A stretch of DNA of 64,000 nucleotides from Prionailurus viverrinus. Taxonomy: Eukaryota. Position numbers and translations under genes: made by a program. The notes beneath the pieces are model-generated. The model did no database searches and was not told where the DNA came from. It saw only the letters and a list, made by a program, of their open reading frames with translations. Of this stretch, positions 13,275 to 24,556 are shown in pieces (positions within the stretch are counted from its first letter, which is position 1; the number at the start of each line of letters is the position of its first letter). Where the stretch lies: the NCBI RefSeq assembly GCF_022837055.1, contig NC_062561.1:680715-744714 (forward strand). Reading direction: 5' to 3'.

Positions 13275-13490
13275 TTTTTTTTTAATGTTTATTTATTTTT
13301 GAGAGACAGAGAAACAGAGCGTGAGCAGGGAGAGGCAGAGACAGAGGGAGACACAGAATCCAAAGCAGGCTCCAGGCTCTGAGCTGTCAGCACAGAGCCC
13401 AACATTGAGCTCAAACTCACAAACCATGAGATCATGACCTGAGCTGAAGTCGAAGTCAATATTTAATGGACTGAGCCACCCAGGCACCCG
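13275..13490 (-). mobile_element. CAN-SINE
   Basis: Reverse complement carries the GGTGCCTGGGTGGCTCAGTCC head, and the + strand starts with a T-run plus TAATGTTTATTTATTTTTGAGAGACAGAG. Confidence 0.85.
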
Positions 13491-13931
13491 GAAATCCCAG
13501 GGGGTTTGGGAGATGTGTGTGAGGAACAGTGGACAAAGACAAAATATATATGAGTTGACCAAATATATATGTCTTATAAATCACAATATAGCATAAACCC
13601 AGCAAAACTGTCCTTCAGAAATTAAGGAGAGATACATTCCCAAACAAAAGCTAAGGGAATTCATCACCACTGGACCTGACTTATGAAAAATGGTAAAAAG
13701 AGTTCTTGAAATGAAAGAATGCTAGAAAAATACAAGCTTCCACTTGTGGAATGAATAAATCATGGGAATAAAAGGAACAGCATAGAGAATATAGTCAATG
13801 CCATTATAATAGGTGGTAGCTATGCTTGTGATAAGCATAGCATAATGTATGAACTTGTCAAATTACTATTTGTACACTGGAAACTAATGTAACATTGTGT
13901 GTCAAGTACACATCAATAAAAAATTTAAAAA

Positions 13932-14104
13932 TGGGGTGCCTGAATGGCTCAATCAGTTAAGTGTCCGAAATCTCTTGATTTCAGCTCAAGTCATGATCTC
14001 ATGGTCATGAGATTGAGCCCTGTGTCAGGCTCTGCACTGGGCCTGAGGCCTTCATGGAATTATCTTTCTCCCTCTCCCTCTGCCCCTTCCCATGTCAAAA
14101 AAAA
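13932..14104 (+). mobile_element. CAN-SINE (older, divergent subfamily)
   Basis: GGGGTGCCTGAATGGCTCAATCAGTTAAGTGTCCGA...GATTGAGCCCTGTGTCAGGCTCTG, CpG-depleted. Confidence 0.8.
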
Positions 14105-14143
14105 TTGTCCTTTTTAAAAAGTAATTTAAAAATTGGGGTGCCT

Positions 14144-14355
14144 GGGTGGCTCAATGGGTTAAGCGTCCAACTCTTGCTTTTGGCTCAGGTCATGATCTCA
14201 TAGTTCATGGGATTGAGCCCTGTGTCGGGCTCCATGCTGCCAGCACAGAGCCTACTTAGGATTCTCTCTCTCTCTCTGCCCCTCCCCTGCTTGCTTGCTC
14301 TCCCTCTCTCAAAATAAACATTTAAAAACTAAAAATAAATAAAAATAAAATAAAT
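14144..14355 (+). mobile_element. CAN-SINE (older subfamily), in tandem with the previous copy
   Basis: GGGGTGCCTGGGTGGCTCAATGGGTTAAGCGTCCAAC...GATTGAGCCCTGTGTCGGGCTCC, (TC)n and AATAAA-rich tail. Confidence 0.85.
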
Positions 14356-15242
14356 TATATGATCCTGTCAATAGATGCAGAAGAAGGGTTTGAAAAAATT
14401 CAACACCCTTTCATGATGAAAGCTCGGAACAAACTGAGTATAGAAGGTTACCTCAACATAATAAAGACCATGTATTACAAACACAGCTAACATCAGACTC
14501 GATGAAAAACTAAGAGCTTTTTCTCTAAAATCAGAAATAAGAGTGCCTACTCTAGCCATTCCTATCCAGTGTAGTACTGGAAATCCTAGCTAGAACAATT
14601 AGGCAAGAAAAAGAAATGAAAAGCATACAAATAGGAAAGGAAAAAGTAAAATTGTCTGTGTTTGCAGATAACTTGATCTCATGTATAAAAAAACCCTAAA
14701 AATTCCACTAAAGCACTGTTAGAACAAATAAATTCAGAAAAGTTGTAGGATACTATAAGAAAAGTATAGACCATGGGACACCTGGGGGAAATACTTAGGA
14801 ATAAATTTAACCAAAGGAAGTAAAAGACACGTACATTGAAAACCTTAAGACACTGATGAAAGAAATTGAAGAAGGCACAAACAAATGGTAAGATATTTCA
14901 TGATGGAACCACAAAATACCCTGAATAGCCCAGGCAATCTTAAGGAAGAATAATAAAGCTAGAGGCATCACACTTCCTGATTTCCAACTATACTGCAAGG
15001 CTGTAGCAATCAAAACAGTGTGATGCTGTTGTAAAAACAGACACATAGACCTATGGAACATAATTAAGAGCCCAGAAATAAACCCATGCATTTTTGTCAA
15101 CTAATATTTGACAAGGGAGCTAAGAATATTCAACGGGGAAAGGATGGCCCTTTCAATAATTGGTGCTGGGAAAACTGGATATCTACATGCAAATGAATGA
15201 AATTAGGCCGCTATCTTACACCACTCAAAAATTAACTCAGAA
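14356..15242 (+). mobile_element. Degraded L1 ORF2 (reverse-transcriptase region) fragment
   Basis: Reads as diverged L1 RT: ...[166 protein letters not shown]... (compare L1 ORF2 ...[20 protein letters not shown]...[53 protein letters not shown]...). It also shows the ...[24 protein letters not shown] motif. Confidence 0.75.
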
Positions 15243-15245
15243 TTA

Positions 15246-15345
15246 GGGCACCTGGGTTGCTCAGTCAGTTGAGCATCTCTGACTCTTGATTTTGACTCAG
15301 CTCATGACCCCGGGGTCATGGTATCGAGCCCTGCCATCAGGCTAC
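15246..15345 (+). mobile_element. CAN-SINE 5' fragment (divergent)
   Basis: GGGCACCTGGGTTGCTCAGTCAGTTGAGCATCTCTGACTCTTGATTTTGACTCAGCTCATGACCCC...ATCGAGCCCTGCCATCAGGCT. Confidence 0.6.
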
Positions 15346-15551
15346 ACATTACATCTACACAGCTACACATCTGGAGCATCACATGCTACAGAGAAATCAT
15401 TCATGGAAGGGAGAGTCAATAGATGCGGAAACTTCATTGTTAATCTTATTTTAAGAAATTGCCACAGCCACTCCAGCCTTCAGCTGCCACCATCCTGGTC
15501 AGTCAGCAGCCATTGACATCGAGGCAGGACCCTTGGCAGCAAAAAAATAAC

Positions 15552-15680
15552 TTTTTTTTAAATGTTTATTTCTGAGAGAGAGAGAGAGATTGAGAGAGAA
15601 AGAGATTGTGAGTGGGACAGAGAGAGAGAGAGAAAATCCCAAGCAGGCTCCCTGCTGTCAGTGAGCCCAACACGGGGCAA
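15552..15680 (-). mobile_element. CAN-SINE 3' fragment (minus orientation), about 215 bp upstream of the vWA exon
   Basis: On the + strand: T-run, AAATGTTTATTTCTGAGAGAGAGAGAG...CCCAAGCAGGCTCCCTGCTGTCAGTGAGCCCAACACGGGG. Confidence 0.7.
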
Positions 15681-15893
15681 TTGCACATTTAATAGACTAC
15701 ACTGTAGTGTAAACATAACTTTATATGCGCTAGGAACCAAAACCTTTATTTACCTCACTTTATTGTGATACTTGCTTTATGGTGGTATTCCGGAACCGAA
15801 CCCACAATATCTCCAAGGCATGCCTATACCAATGTAAACAAGCCAGACCAGTTTAAGATAAACACCAGTCCAGCACCTTTTTTCTTTTTTTAG

Positions 15894-16089
15894 GCCTGCA
15901 TGCTTGTTTTTCAACCAGACCTCGATATCGCACTCCCTGACCTAGCTGAGAACAATGAAGTGATTATTTGTCTTGATTGCTCCGCTTCCATGGAGGGTGC
16001 GACATTCTTGCAAGCCAAGCAAATTGCCTTATATGCACTGTCCTTGGTGGGAAAGAAGCAAAAGATAAACATTGTCAAGTTTGGCACAG
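15894..16089 (+). CDS. PARP4: PARP4 coding exon, start of the vWA domain, containing the MIDAS motif DCSAS. Translates ACMLVFQPDLDIALPDLAENNEVIICLDCSASMEGATFLQAKQIALYALSLVGKKQKINIVKFGTG
   Basis: Polypyrimidine tract followed by AG|GCC, donor ACAG|gtgagt, and the reading frame continues from the previous exon. Strong match to human PARP4 (ACMLVFQPDLDVDLPDLASESEVIICLDCSSSMEGVTFLQAKQIALHALSLVGEKQKVNIIQFGTG). Confidence 0.9.
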
Positions 16090-16189
16090 GTGAGTGCTCT
16101 TTGGCCCCAGTCCAAAGCGTGCTTCCTCCTTAATATGAACATGCTCATGAGTAGAGCTGATGGCTGTTAGTACCCTGACCTCACCTATG

Positions 16190-16460
16190 GAGTAAGAGGT
16201 AGCATAGCATGGAGTTCAAGAACCAGAACACCGGAGCCAGATCCCTGGCTTCACATTCCAACTCTATCACTTACTAGCCCTGGCTGTCACCTTGGGCAAA
16301 TTACTTGAACTTTTTATACCTCAGTTTCCTCATCTGTAATATAAGGGTGATAGTTCCTACCTCACAGTGTTGTTGTAAGGATTGAGCTAATGCCTGTAAA
16401 GGATTTAAAACAGTGCCTATCACATATCAAGTGCTTTATAAATACTACTGGTATTCCTAG
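16190..16460 (+). mobile_element. MIR (mammalian-wide interspersed repeat, ancient tRNA-SINE)
   Basis: ...CTTGGGCAAATTACTTGAACTTTTTATACCTCAGTTTCCTCATCTGTAATATAAGGGTGATAGTTCCTACCTCACAGTGTTGTTGTAAGGATTGAGCTAATGCCTGTAAAGGATTTAAAACAGTGCCTATCACATATCAAGTGCTTTATAAATAC matches the MIR core consensus. Confidence 0.85.
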
Positions 16461-17091
16461 CAGCTGAACCAAATGCAAGACCCTTGGTTGAGATGTATGA
16501 GGGTCCCAAGCATATGGGCAGAACATGTGAAATCAGCACAATGTAGAAAATCTATAAGGGTTCAGCAAGCATCAGATCAGCCCTTTTAGAGGAAAAGCAA
16601 TACCATCCTCCAGGTGGGGGTCCAGGGACATGTCAGCCACCAGAAGAAGGTATTTCAAGAATGAGAGAAAGAACCAGAGTAGAGTGAGGGGGCAGTCCGG
16701 TCCTGATGATTCTTACTTTCCATCCCATTGAGCAGAAGACCTACCCTTTTATGAAGGAGCTAGGGTCTGCTGCTGCTGGGCAGAGGTCAGATAAGCCTGG
16801 GAAAACCAAGGCCCTGGAAGGAGAACGTGTCCCTGCCGTGGCCAGGCTGCCTGTGCTGTTGTGACACCCCACATCTTACTTTGCATGAGCAATCTGCTAC
16901 AGAACAGAAGTCTACATGTAATTTTATTCAGGACACTTTGCATTGTAAAGTGCATAGTTTCAGTGCACTAGAGTTTATTAGTTAAAGGAATAGTGTGGTG
17001 AATTTTTTGTATGTTAAAACTATCAAACATTGTTAATGGTCAGTAAAGTGAATATTTCGTAGCTACACCTCACGCCAATCTTATCACACAG

Positions 17092-17159
17092 GTTACAAGG
17101 AATTATTTTCATATCCTAAGTACATCACAAGCAACAATGTGCCAACAGAGTTCATTATG
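17092..17159 (+). CDS. PARP4: PARP4 coding exon (vWA). Translates (G)YKELFSYPKYITSNNVPTEFIM
   Basis: Acceptor cacag|GT completes the split Gly codon. Donor ATG|gtgagt. Matches human YKELFSYPKHITSNTMAAEFIM. Confidence 0.88.
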
Positions 17160-17737
17160 GTGAGTAAAAGGACCTTCCTTCATCTCTTGGGTCTTTTCCT
17201 ATCAAGGTTTAACAGTACTGTCCAGACTTATTTCCCCCACGAGCTCTATTGGAACACCCCCAGTCCTTCAGTTTTTGTATGTTGGTGGGCTCTTTTATTT
17301 TATTAATAAAAGCCATATGAACTCATTAAAGAAAAACTGGAAATTAAAAAGGGTAGAAAGAAAAAAATCGCCCACATTCCTACCACCTAAATGCAACAGC
17401 GTTGGAATGTTTTCTTCTGTTCCTTTTTTTCTATTTCTGAAGACAGAGCAAGCTGAGAATGACTAATTGCTTCCTCAGTCCATGCCTGCAAACCCTGGGG
17501 AAGCATAAAAAAAGTCAAATAAGTGTCCACTGATAATATTATAGTGACTGTGTGACATAAAATAAACTAAGAGGATATAAGTGTAGTTGTTGCACAAATG
17601 TATAATTGAGAAAAAAATATATCTTTTCAGTGACGATGTCTCTAAACCCTCACTGAGACGTGCTTCAGTAAATGATGACAGTTAATGGTGAATAGACCCC
17701 AAAAGTAGTAAATAACCTTTCACTTCATTTCCTCTAG

Positions 17738-17925
17738 TCTGCTACACCTACCATGGGAAATACAGACTTCTGGAAAACACTCCGGTATTTAAATTTACTG
17801 TACCCTTCTCAAGGGTTACGGAACATTCTCCTTATATCTGATGGGCACCTCCAGAATGAGAGTCTGACATTGCAGCTTGTGAAAAGAAATGTCCAACACA
17901 CCAGGCTGTTCTCCTGTGGTATTGG
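17738..17925 (+). CDS. PARP4: PARP4 coding exon (vWA). Translates SATPTMGNTDFWKTLRYLNLLYPSQGLRNILLISDGHLQNESLTLQLVKRNVQHTRLFSCGIG
   Basis: Acceptor cctctag|TCT and donor TGG|gtaagt. Matches human SATPTMGNTDFWKTLRYLSLLYPARGSRNILLVSDGHLQDESLTLQLVKRSRPHTRLFACGIG. Confidence 0.9.
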
Positions 17926-18249
17926 GTAAGTGTGGGAGGTCTAGTGACACAGTGAACACTGTGGGTGAAGAAGGCAGCCTGTGGGCAGGGTTTTTTTTGT
18001 TGGCCTACACAGGATTTCTAGAAGTTTTGAAGTTGATAACGGTGTATAGAAACTGTTTAGCATATAGTTGTAGAGCTCTGGGCTCTGAGACTGCCTGGGT
18101 CTCAATACCTGAATTGGCCATTTGTTAGCTCTGACCTTGGGCATGTTGTTAAATCTCTTGTGTATAAAATGAAGATGATAGTGAAAAAGTCATAGATTTA
18201 ATAGATTTACTCTGAGGATTCAATGAGCTCATATATAAAAAGTACTTAC

Positions 18250-18375
18250 GGGGCACCTGGGTGGCTCAGTCAGTTAAGCGTCTGACTCTTGATTTTGGTT
18301 CAGGTCATGATCTCACTGTTTGTGAGTTCCAGCCCCGTGTAGGGCTCTACACTGACAGTATGGAGCCTACTTGGG

Positions 18376-18415
<40 letters not shown>

Positions 18416-18525
18416 CCTCCCTCTCTCTCTCTCTCTTTCCCTGCCAAGCTTACAATCTCTCTGTCTCTCTCTGTCTCTGTCTCTCTCTCAAAAATAAATA
18501 AACATTAAAAAAATAAACATAAAAA
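18250..18525 (+). mobile_element. CAN-SINE with an expanded (TC)n tract
   Basis: GGGGCACCTGGGTGGCTCAGTCAGTTAAGCGTCTGACTCTTGATTTTGG...GTTCCAGCCCCGTGTAGGGCTC, (TC)n of about 110 bp, AAATAAATAAACATTAAAAAAA tail. Confidence 0.9.
18369..18480 (+). repeat. (TC)n microsatellite inside a SINE tail
   Basis: ctctctctct... run interrupted by ccccctcc and tgtctctg. Confidence 0.9.
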
Positions 18526-20221
18526 GTACTTAAGAATAGTCTTAAGAACAGAGATGGCACACGGCAAACACCAAGTCAACGTTAGATATTATTATGTTAC
18601 ATAAAAATCCCGATTTCCAGCCTATCCTGAGAAGCCTGAAGTGCCGGGCGCACCCCCACCCCTGGCGGTTTGTGACCAGGGCTGAGGGTCCCACCCAGGC
18701 TCTTGCTCCTTCACACCTTTGTGGTGGCTGCTACATTTGCATTTTCAAACCCTATAATGGACTTAAGATCTCTCTCTCTGGAGGCTAGACCCTCTTCATT
18801 GTTGGAATGAACCCCCACCCCAATTATAGTTAGCTGTTTTGGACGAAACCGAGGTGTACGGTGTAAACATAACGAAAACACCAAGGGCCAGACTGGTGTT
18901 TGCACAGAGCATGCCTGCACCCTCGTCTCCTGGGACTCTCCCCCACATAGTCACCATCCTGGGAAATGATCACCAGGCCTCCCTATTCTGAGGCAGTGCA
19001 TGGAGCGGGAGAGCTCCTCAACACAGGGATAGGGGTGGAGGTGGGTGTTGCTGTTCTCTGGGGCCACTCTGCTGTCCTGGACCGGGGTCCTCCTCAGGCC
19101 TCGGCCATGACTTTCAGGAGCTGGAGCCCTAGACACCCTTTGAGGGCCCTGTACCCAAGCCAGACCTGCCTGCCCACAGGGCTCTTCTCCTCTGTCTGCC
19201 CTGCCTCAGTCACAGCTCCAGTCCTGTTCCCTAATGTGAGAGCTGGGCACCACAGACCAACCAAGAAATTATCCAGCCCCCCGTGGACTTCCCCAGCAAG
19301 TGCTCCTAAATGGACTTCACCTGAGTAACTTGTGCCTGTACACACAGGGGGCTGGCCGCAACACGCTGCAGGGACCTGCCTCCTCCCTGCTCCCCTGACC
19401 GTGTGGCAGAGGCAGTGCCAGGGTCGTGGCTCAGACATCAGTGCAGAAGACACCAGGCCCCGTTGATTCCTTTTTTGCTGAGGGCCTGTCATGAGACAGA
19501 TGCGCCTTGGTGCAGGACCACAGTGCCGGGTATGGGGAGCCAGACAGCAAACAACCCAGTAAGCTCAAAGGGAGATGGGTTTTCCTAAGTGCCACGACGG
19601 CAGTAGGGGAGGACGCCGTGATGGGGGTGGGTGGGCACAAACCTCCTTCGGGAGGTGACTTTGTGCTCTCACACAACCCAGCCTGAGGGAGCTGGAAGTT
19701 TTACTGATTTTCTGTCAGGTTTTTAGGATCTTTCTACAGGTTTCTCATACTCATTTGTGTTCACAAACTCTAGCAAGATGTGAGTTCTCCAGGAGTAGAG
19801 ACTGAACTATTGCCTATTGTAACAAGCTGTCCCCTGAGGTCCGCACAGCAGGAGCAAAAACAGATTCCAAGCAGCCTTACTAGCTGATGAAATTGGTAAA
19901 AGAGAAATAAACTCCAGCTTAGGGGGATTCTCTAACTGGTGTAGTCACCACCAATTAATTTTGAAGACTAAAGACAAATCCAATCTTTAATAAATAGGTT
20001 AAGACATATTTCAGAAATAAATAACTTTCTTAAGTTCTTTTCCTGAAAAATAATTGTTTCTTTATTATTTTAGGAGGAACGTCTCTAAGAAAAGCTTTCT
20101 TAATAGTTACAGAATTATTATCAAGAGAAATTTAATACGACATTGTCATTCAAATAGCAAAGCTTATTTTTGCTAGAAAGACACTTCCCTATCCTTTTTG
20201 CTATCTAGTTGTGCATCATAA

Positions 20222-20440
20222 TTTTTTAATGTTTGTTTGTTTGTTTGTTTGTTTGTTTTGAGAGACAGAGAGAGAGAGAGCAGGGAGGATCAGAAAGAGA
20301 GGGAGAGAGGGAATCCCAAGCAGGCCCTGCACAGTCAGCGCAGAGCCCGATGCGAGGCTTGATCTCACAAACCATGAGATCATGACCTGAGCCAAAATCA
20401 AGAGTGGGACGTTTTATCTGCTGAGCCACCCATGTGCCCC
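20222..20440 (-). mobile_element. CAN-SINE with a (CAAA)n/(TTTG)n tail
   Basis: On the + strand: TTTTTTAATGTTTGTTTGTTTG...CTGCACAGTCAGCGCAGAGCCCGATGCGAGGCTTGATCTCACAAACCATGAGATCATGACCTGAGCC...GAGCCACCCATGTGCCCCC. Confidence 0.88.
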
Positions 20441-20882
20441 CAGATGTGCATTATATTTGAAGATGTAGACTTTATTAACTCTTTGCCAGTTCTTGGCCTT
20501 TGGGATCAAATTTGGGTAACTGACATTCATTGAAAGCAGGTTGATATTTTTACCAGTATTCTGATAACTTTTCAGAGGTTTTTCAGAATCATCTATTCTC
20601 TCTTTTGGTAAATCAGGAGTCAAGAATTTCTGCTTTTTTTTTTCTATTGTGAAAGAGAAATAGGTTTTCTGATATATGGGAGCCTAAATTACCCAAAGCT
20701 TCAGATGTTTCATACTGTCTGTCCTGAGTTTTGTCTCTCTAACCTCAACTACAGAAAAGCAATTCTTCTGCATATAATGTTTCCTCTATTGAGTTCTGAA
20801 CTATATCAACACTGTTAACTACATGTACTTCAAAAACATTTCTAAAATTTCTTGAAGATTATAACATGTGAAATGTGATCAG

Positions 20883-20982
20883 TTCTACAGCAAATCGTCA
20901 TATCTTAAGGACTTTGTCCCAGTACGGTGCTGGAGTATTTGAGTATTTTAACTCAAAATCCAAACACAGTTGGAAAAAACAG
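20883..20982 (+). CDS. PARP4: PARP4 coding exon. Translates (G)STANRHILRTLSQYGAGVFEYFNSKSKHSWKKQ
   Basis: Acceptor gtgatcag|T completes the GG|T codon, and the donor is CAG|gtacgt. Matches human STANRHVLRILSQCGAGVFEYFNAKSKHSWRKQ. Confidence 0.88.
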
Positions 20983-22246
20983 GTACGTTTCTCAAACATC
21001 TTATTTCCAGTTTTATGCTTATATGTGGAAATAATATCTGCTTACAAATCCATTGACAGTAACTTCTGTGTTTTCGTTAATAGAAAGGGGCCCTACAAAA
21101 AGGCCACAGGCCTGAAGGTATTGCACCCCTCAGTTATTGTCTAACATCTAGCAGAAAGATTCTCCTTAATTAGGTCATTCTCTTAGCTTGTAGTTTGATT
21201 TCTTCTTTATAAAGTATCATGGGGGATTTTTAAAGGTAAAGTAGTATCCATGTTTTGTTAGCATTATCTGTCATTGTGGCAAAATATACATAAAATTTAC
21301 CATTTAACCATTTTTAGTGGCATTCAGTGGCATTAAGGCACATTCGTAATGTTGTGCAGCCATCACCTCCATCCATCTCCAGAATTTTTCATCATCCGAA
21401 ACAGAAACTCAACTCATTAAAGAGCTGCTCCCATTGTACCTACACCCCAGCCCCTGCCAACTACCATTCTACTTTCTTTCTGTGAATTTGACTACTTTAG
21501 ATACTTCATGTAAGCGGAATCCTATAGTGTTTGTCCTTTTGTGCCTGGCTTATTTCACTTGGTATAATATTTTCAAGATCTATGCACATTGTAGACTATG
21601 TCAGAATTTTCTTCCTTTTTAAAGGCTAAGTGATATTTCATTGTGTGCACACACCACATTTCGTTTATGGGTTCATTTGTTGATAGACATTTGTGTTGTT
21701 TCCACCTTTTAGTTGTTATGAGTTATGCTGCTCTGAGTATTGACACACAAGCATGTGTTCAGGACTCTGATTTCAGTTATTTTGGGTGTATACCCAGAGG
21801 TGGAATTTCTGGGTCATATGGTAATTCTGTGTTTAGCTTTTTGGAACTGCCATACTGTTGTTCATAGCAGCTGCACCATTTTATATTCCCATCAGCAATG
21901 TACTAGGGTTCTAGTTTTTCTACATAATCAATAGCACTTGTTGTTTTGGGGGTTTTTGTTTTGTTTTGTTTCATAATAACCATTGTAGAGTGTGAAGTTG
22001 TATTTCATTGGGGTTTTGATTCGCATTTTGCTAATTACTAGTGATGTTGAACAACTTCTCATGTGCTCCTTGGCCATCTGTACACCTTCTTTGGAAAACA
22101 TCTATTCAAGCCCTTTGTAGGATTAATTTGTATAATTGGAATCTACTCCCTGCAAAAGTTGTGTATTAGTAATTAACTGATGGAATGATTTAGGGATGTT
22201 TTGCACGTTTAAATTATGTGCTAATGCTGTTAAGAACTCTATTTAA

Positions 22247-22460
22247 GGGGCGCCTGGGTGGCTCAGTCGGTTGAGCGTCCAACTTCAGCTCAGGTCGTGA
22301 TCTCACGGTCCGTGAGTTTGAGCCCCACGTCGGGCTCAGTACTGACAGCTCAGAGCCTGGAGCCTGTTTCAGATTCTGTGTCTCCCTCTCTCTCTGCCCC
22401 TCCCCCATTCATGCTCTGTCTCTCTCTGTCTCAAAAATAAATAAAAATTAGAAAAAAAAT
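22247..22460 (+). mobile_element. CAN-SINE (SINEC_Fc-like)
   Basis: GGGGCGCCTGGGTGGCTCAGTCGGTTGAGCGTCCAACTTCAGCTCAGGTCGTGATCTCACGGTCCGTGAGTTTGAGCCCCACGTCGGGCTC... followed by an A-rich tail. Confidence 0.92.
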
Positions 22461-22646
22461 TTTTTTAAAAAGAATTCTATTTAAAATCTTTTTGAAAAAG
22501 TACCCTGAGCAGGAAGGAGGAAAAGAAAAAAAAAAAAGCAGAGAGCTACAAATCCTGAAAGATAGAATGTAAAATTATTCTCAGTGTTAAGTCACTATTT
22601 TCTGGGTGTAACATTGAAAGAGAAATAATTCCTTTCTTATAAATAG

Positions 22647-22817
22647 ATAGAAGACCAGATGACCCGGTTGCATTCTCCAAGTTGTCACTCTGTCTCCGTC
22701 AAGTGGCAGCAGCTAAGTGCAGATGCACCTGAACCCCTCCAGGCCCCAGCCCAGGTGCAGTCCTTGTTCCTCAACCATCGACTCCTTGTCTACGGATTTA
22801 TTCCTCATTGCACACAG
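22647..22817 (+). CDS. PARP4: PARP4 coding exon. Translates IEDQMTRLHSPSCHSVSVKWQQLSADAPEPLQAPAQVQSLFLNHRLLVYGFIPHCTQ
   Basis: Acceptor ataaatag|ATA and donor CAG|gtgagg. Matches human IEDQMTRLCSPSCHSVSVKWQQLNPDAPEALQAPAQVPSLF...LLVYGFIPHCTQ. It overlaps the 22659..22961 ORF in the track. Confidence 0.9.
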
Positions 22818-23099
22818 GTGAGGAAGCACATGGCTGGTTTTAGTGTGGGAAGAACAATGTATGTTGCCAAGAGTTCTGTTTTTCTTTTCTTTCTCTTTTC
22901 TTTCCTCTCCTCCCCCCAGATCATAATATGCTGGCAAATTTTTCTGCTTCTGCAAACATAATGGGTAGTTTCCTAGGGACATCAGGGAGCCTTTTACCTT
23001 CCATTGAAAGGAGAGAGAAAATCACTGTGAAACTAACCAAGACACTGTGGAGTGAAAAAGCTAATAAGGGATTTCCTTCCCACCCCCACCCCGTTTCAG

Positions 23100-23180
23100 G
23101 CAACTCTGTGTGCGTTAATTCAGGAGAAAGAATTTTCTACAATGGTATCAACTACTGAACTTCAGAAGACAACTGGAACT
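23100..23180 (+). CDS. PARP4: PARP4 coding exon. Translates ATLCALIQEKEFSTMVSTTELQKTTGT
   Basis: Acceptor ccccgtttcag|GCA and donor ACT|gtaaga. Matches human ATLCALIQEKEFCTMVSTTELQKTTGT. Confidence 0.9.
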
Positions 23181-24556
23181 GTAAGATTCAAAACTTGAAC
23201 TATGAACTCACTGTTTGAAAGTTGTCATCATTTAATATTTTCTTGTGTAATGCTCCCTGTACTTCCTTTGTTGCTCCTGTTTCTCTGTGTTGACACTTCA
23301 GTACACAATATGATGTGGAGGATTGTTATCCGTACAAATGAGGACACTTGCATTCAGTTTCTAACACAATACTTCTTCTTCTGGGGTTCTTGAGTCTCGT
23401 GTATCCCCATGAGCATCAGTGGCTATGAATAACTGCAATGAAACTTGGTATTTTATACGTGAACAGTTTTTAGGGGAGGTTCTCGAATGTGTCCATGACT
23501 CAATAAAAGTTAAGTGCCACGATCCACCCATGTTATCTCGTATTACTCAGTATAATAGTCCTAGGCCAAGAGTAAACATATATTGAGAGTGTGTTTGTTT
23601 TTTCTACTTTCGGATTAAAAGCAAATGAATTATCACTGAAAAGTTTGTAGTATTTGCATTAGTACTTGATCTACTATAGTCAGACCTGGAAAATCCCTCA
23701 CCTATGTATATTATATGTGCAGTTTGCTATTCATAGAAGTATTTGCATAAGCAGATAAACTATTTCCCAGACATTGCAGATTTTTGTTTTTTGTTTTTCA
23801 AATAAAATGTGACTTGCTTTTTTACCCCAAATCAATAATTATAACTTATTATTTGCCCGTGATGTGTGTATAGAAGTTTAGGGAATCTCCATATTGGTTT
23901 AAAAATTGAATCTAAGGAGGAAATTAAGTCAAACGATTTTGCCTGGGAAGAGGTCATTCTCCATGAAATTGCAGTTTTTATAGTGGTACTTTCTCTGTGA
24001 GCTGTGGCCCTACTGATAACAAAATTACAAGAGTTGGAATTATTATGGAAATGAGACATTGCCACTTAAGATCAGTTGTGTTTCTTCGTTGGAGAGAAAG
24101 GGAGGCGATCCTTTACCCCACACTTCCCAGGGCACATTTTGCTGCCCCTGCCCTTCCGAGTGGAGGTCACATTCACGGTGGGGCATCGCAGCACTAGGCT
24201 GACTCTTCCTACAGAAGAACAGCTTACGGTTTTTGAGATAAACTGAAGTGGCAAAATACCCCTTTACAGAAAAGGCAGAACTGTAGGGACAGAAAACAGA
24301 TGAGTGGGTGCCAGGGGCTAGAGGTGACAGCCAGGGGCATGAGGAACTTTTGAAAGTGAAGAACTGTTCTGAATCTTTATTTCAGTGTGGTCATCACAAC
24401 TGTATACATTCGTTACAGCTCACCAAACTGGACACTTTTAAAAGGGGTGAATTTTTTGTATGCACTGTTATACCTTAAGTTAGAAGTGGTTTTCTAAGTA
24501 AGACTTCAGTTAGAAGCCATTTGAATCTTTTTTTCCCCTTTGCTGCTTCAACACAG

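Larger units (their letters stand above)
12129..13930 (+). mobile_element. Remainder of the older L1 (ORF1 middle at 12129-12657, ORF1 C-terminus and 3' end motif at 13599-13930). It is interrupted by an unclassified insert of about 600 bp (12658-13270) and the SINE at 13275-13490.
   Basis: Translates ...LHELWNTIKQKNVCIMGIPGKERKG...NNQVQAAQRTPSKI...KDRERLLKAAREK..ITYNGTPIGLSADFSAETM, which is L1 ORF1. The 3' terminus reads ...CTGGAAACTAATGTAACATTGTGTGTCAAGTACACATCAATAAAAAATTTAAAAA, the typical carnivore L1 3' end. Confidence 0.7.

Noticed and set aside
15552-15893. A minus-strand SINE fragment upstream of the vWA exon as a possible exonised or branch-point-donating element
   Set aside because: The exon's polypyrimidine tract and AG (tttttctttttttag) lie about 200 bp beyond the SINE end and are not SINE-derived. 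There is no evidence that the SINE contributes to splicing.
18966-19492. ORFs of 120 aa (+) and 132 aa (-) in the GC-rich intronic island
   Set aside because: They overlap on opposite strands, carry no domain signal and have no splice context. They are reported as an unclassified region in the findings rather than as coding.
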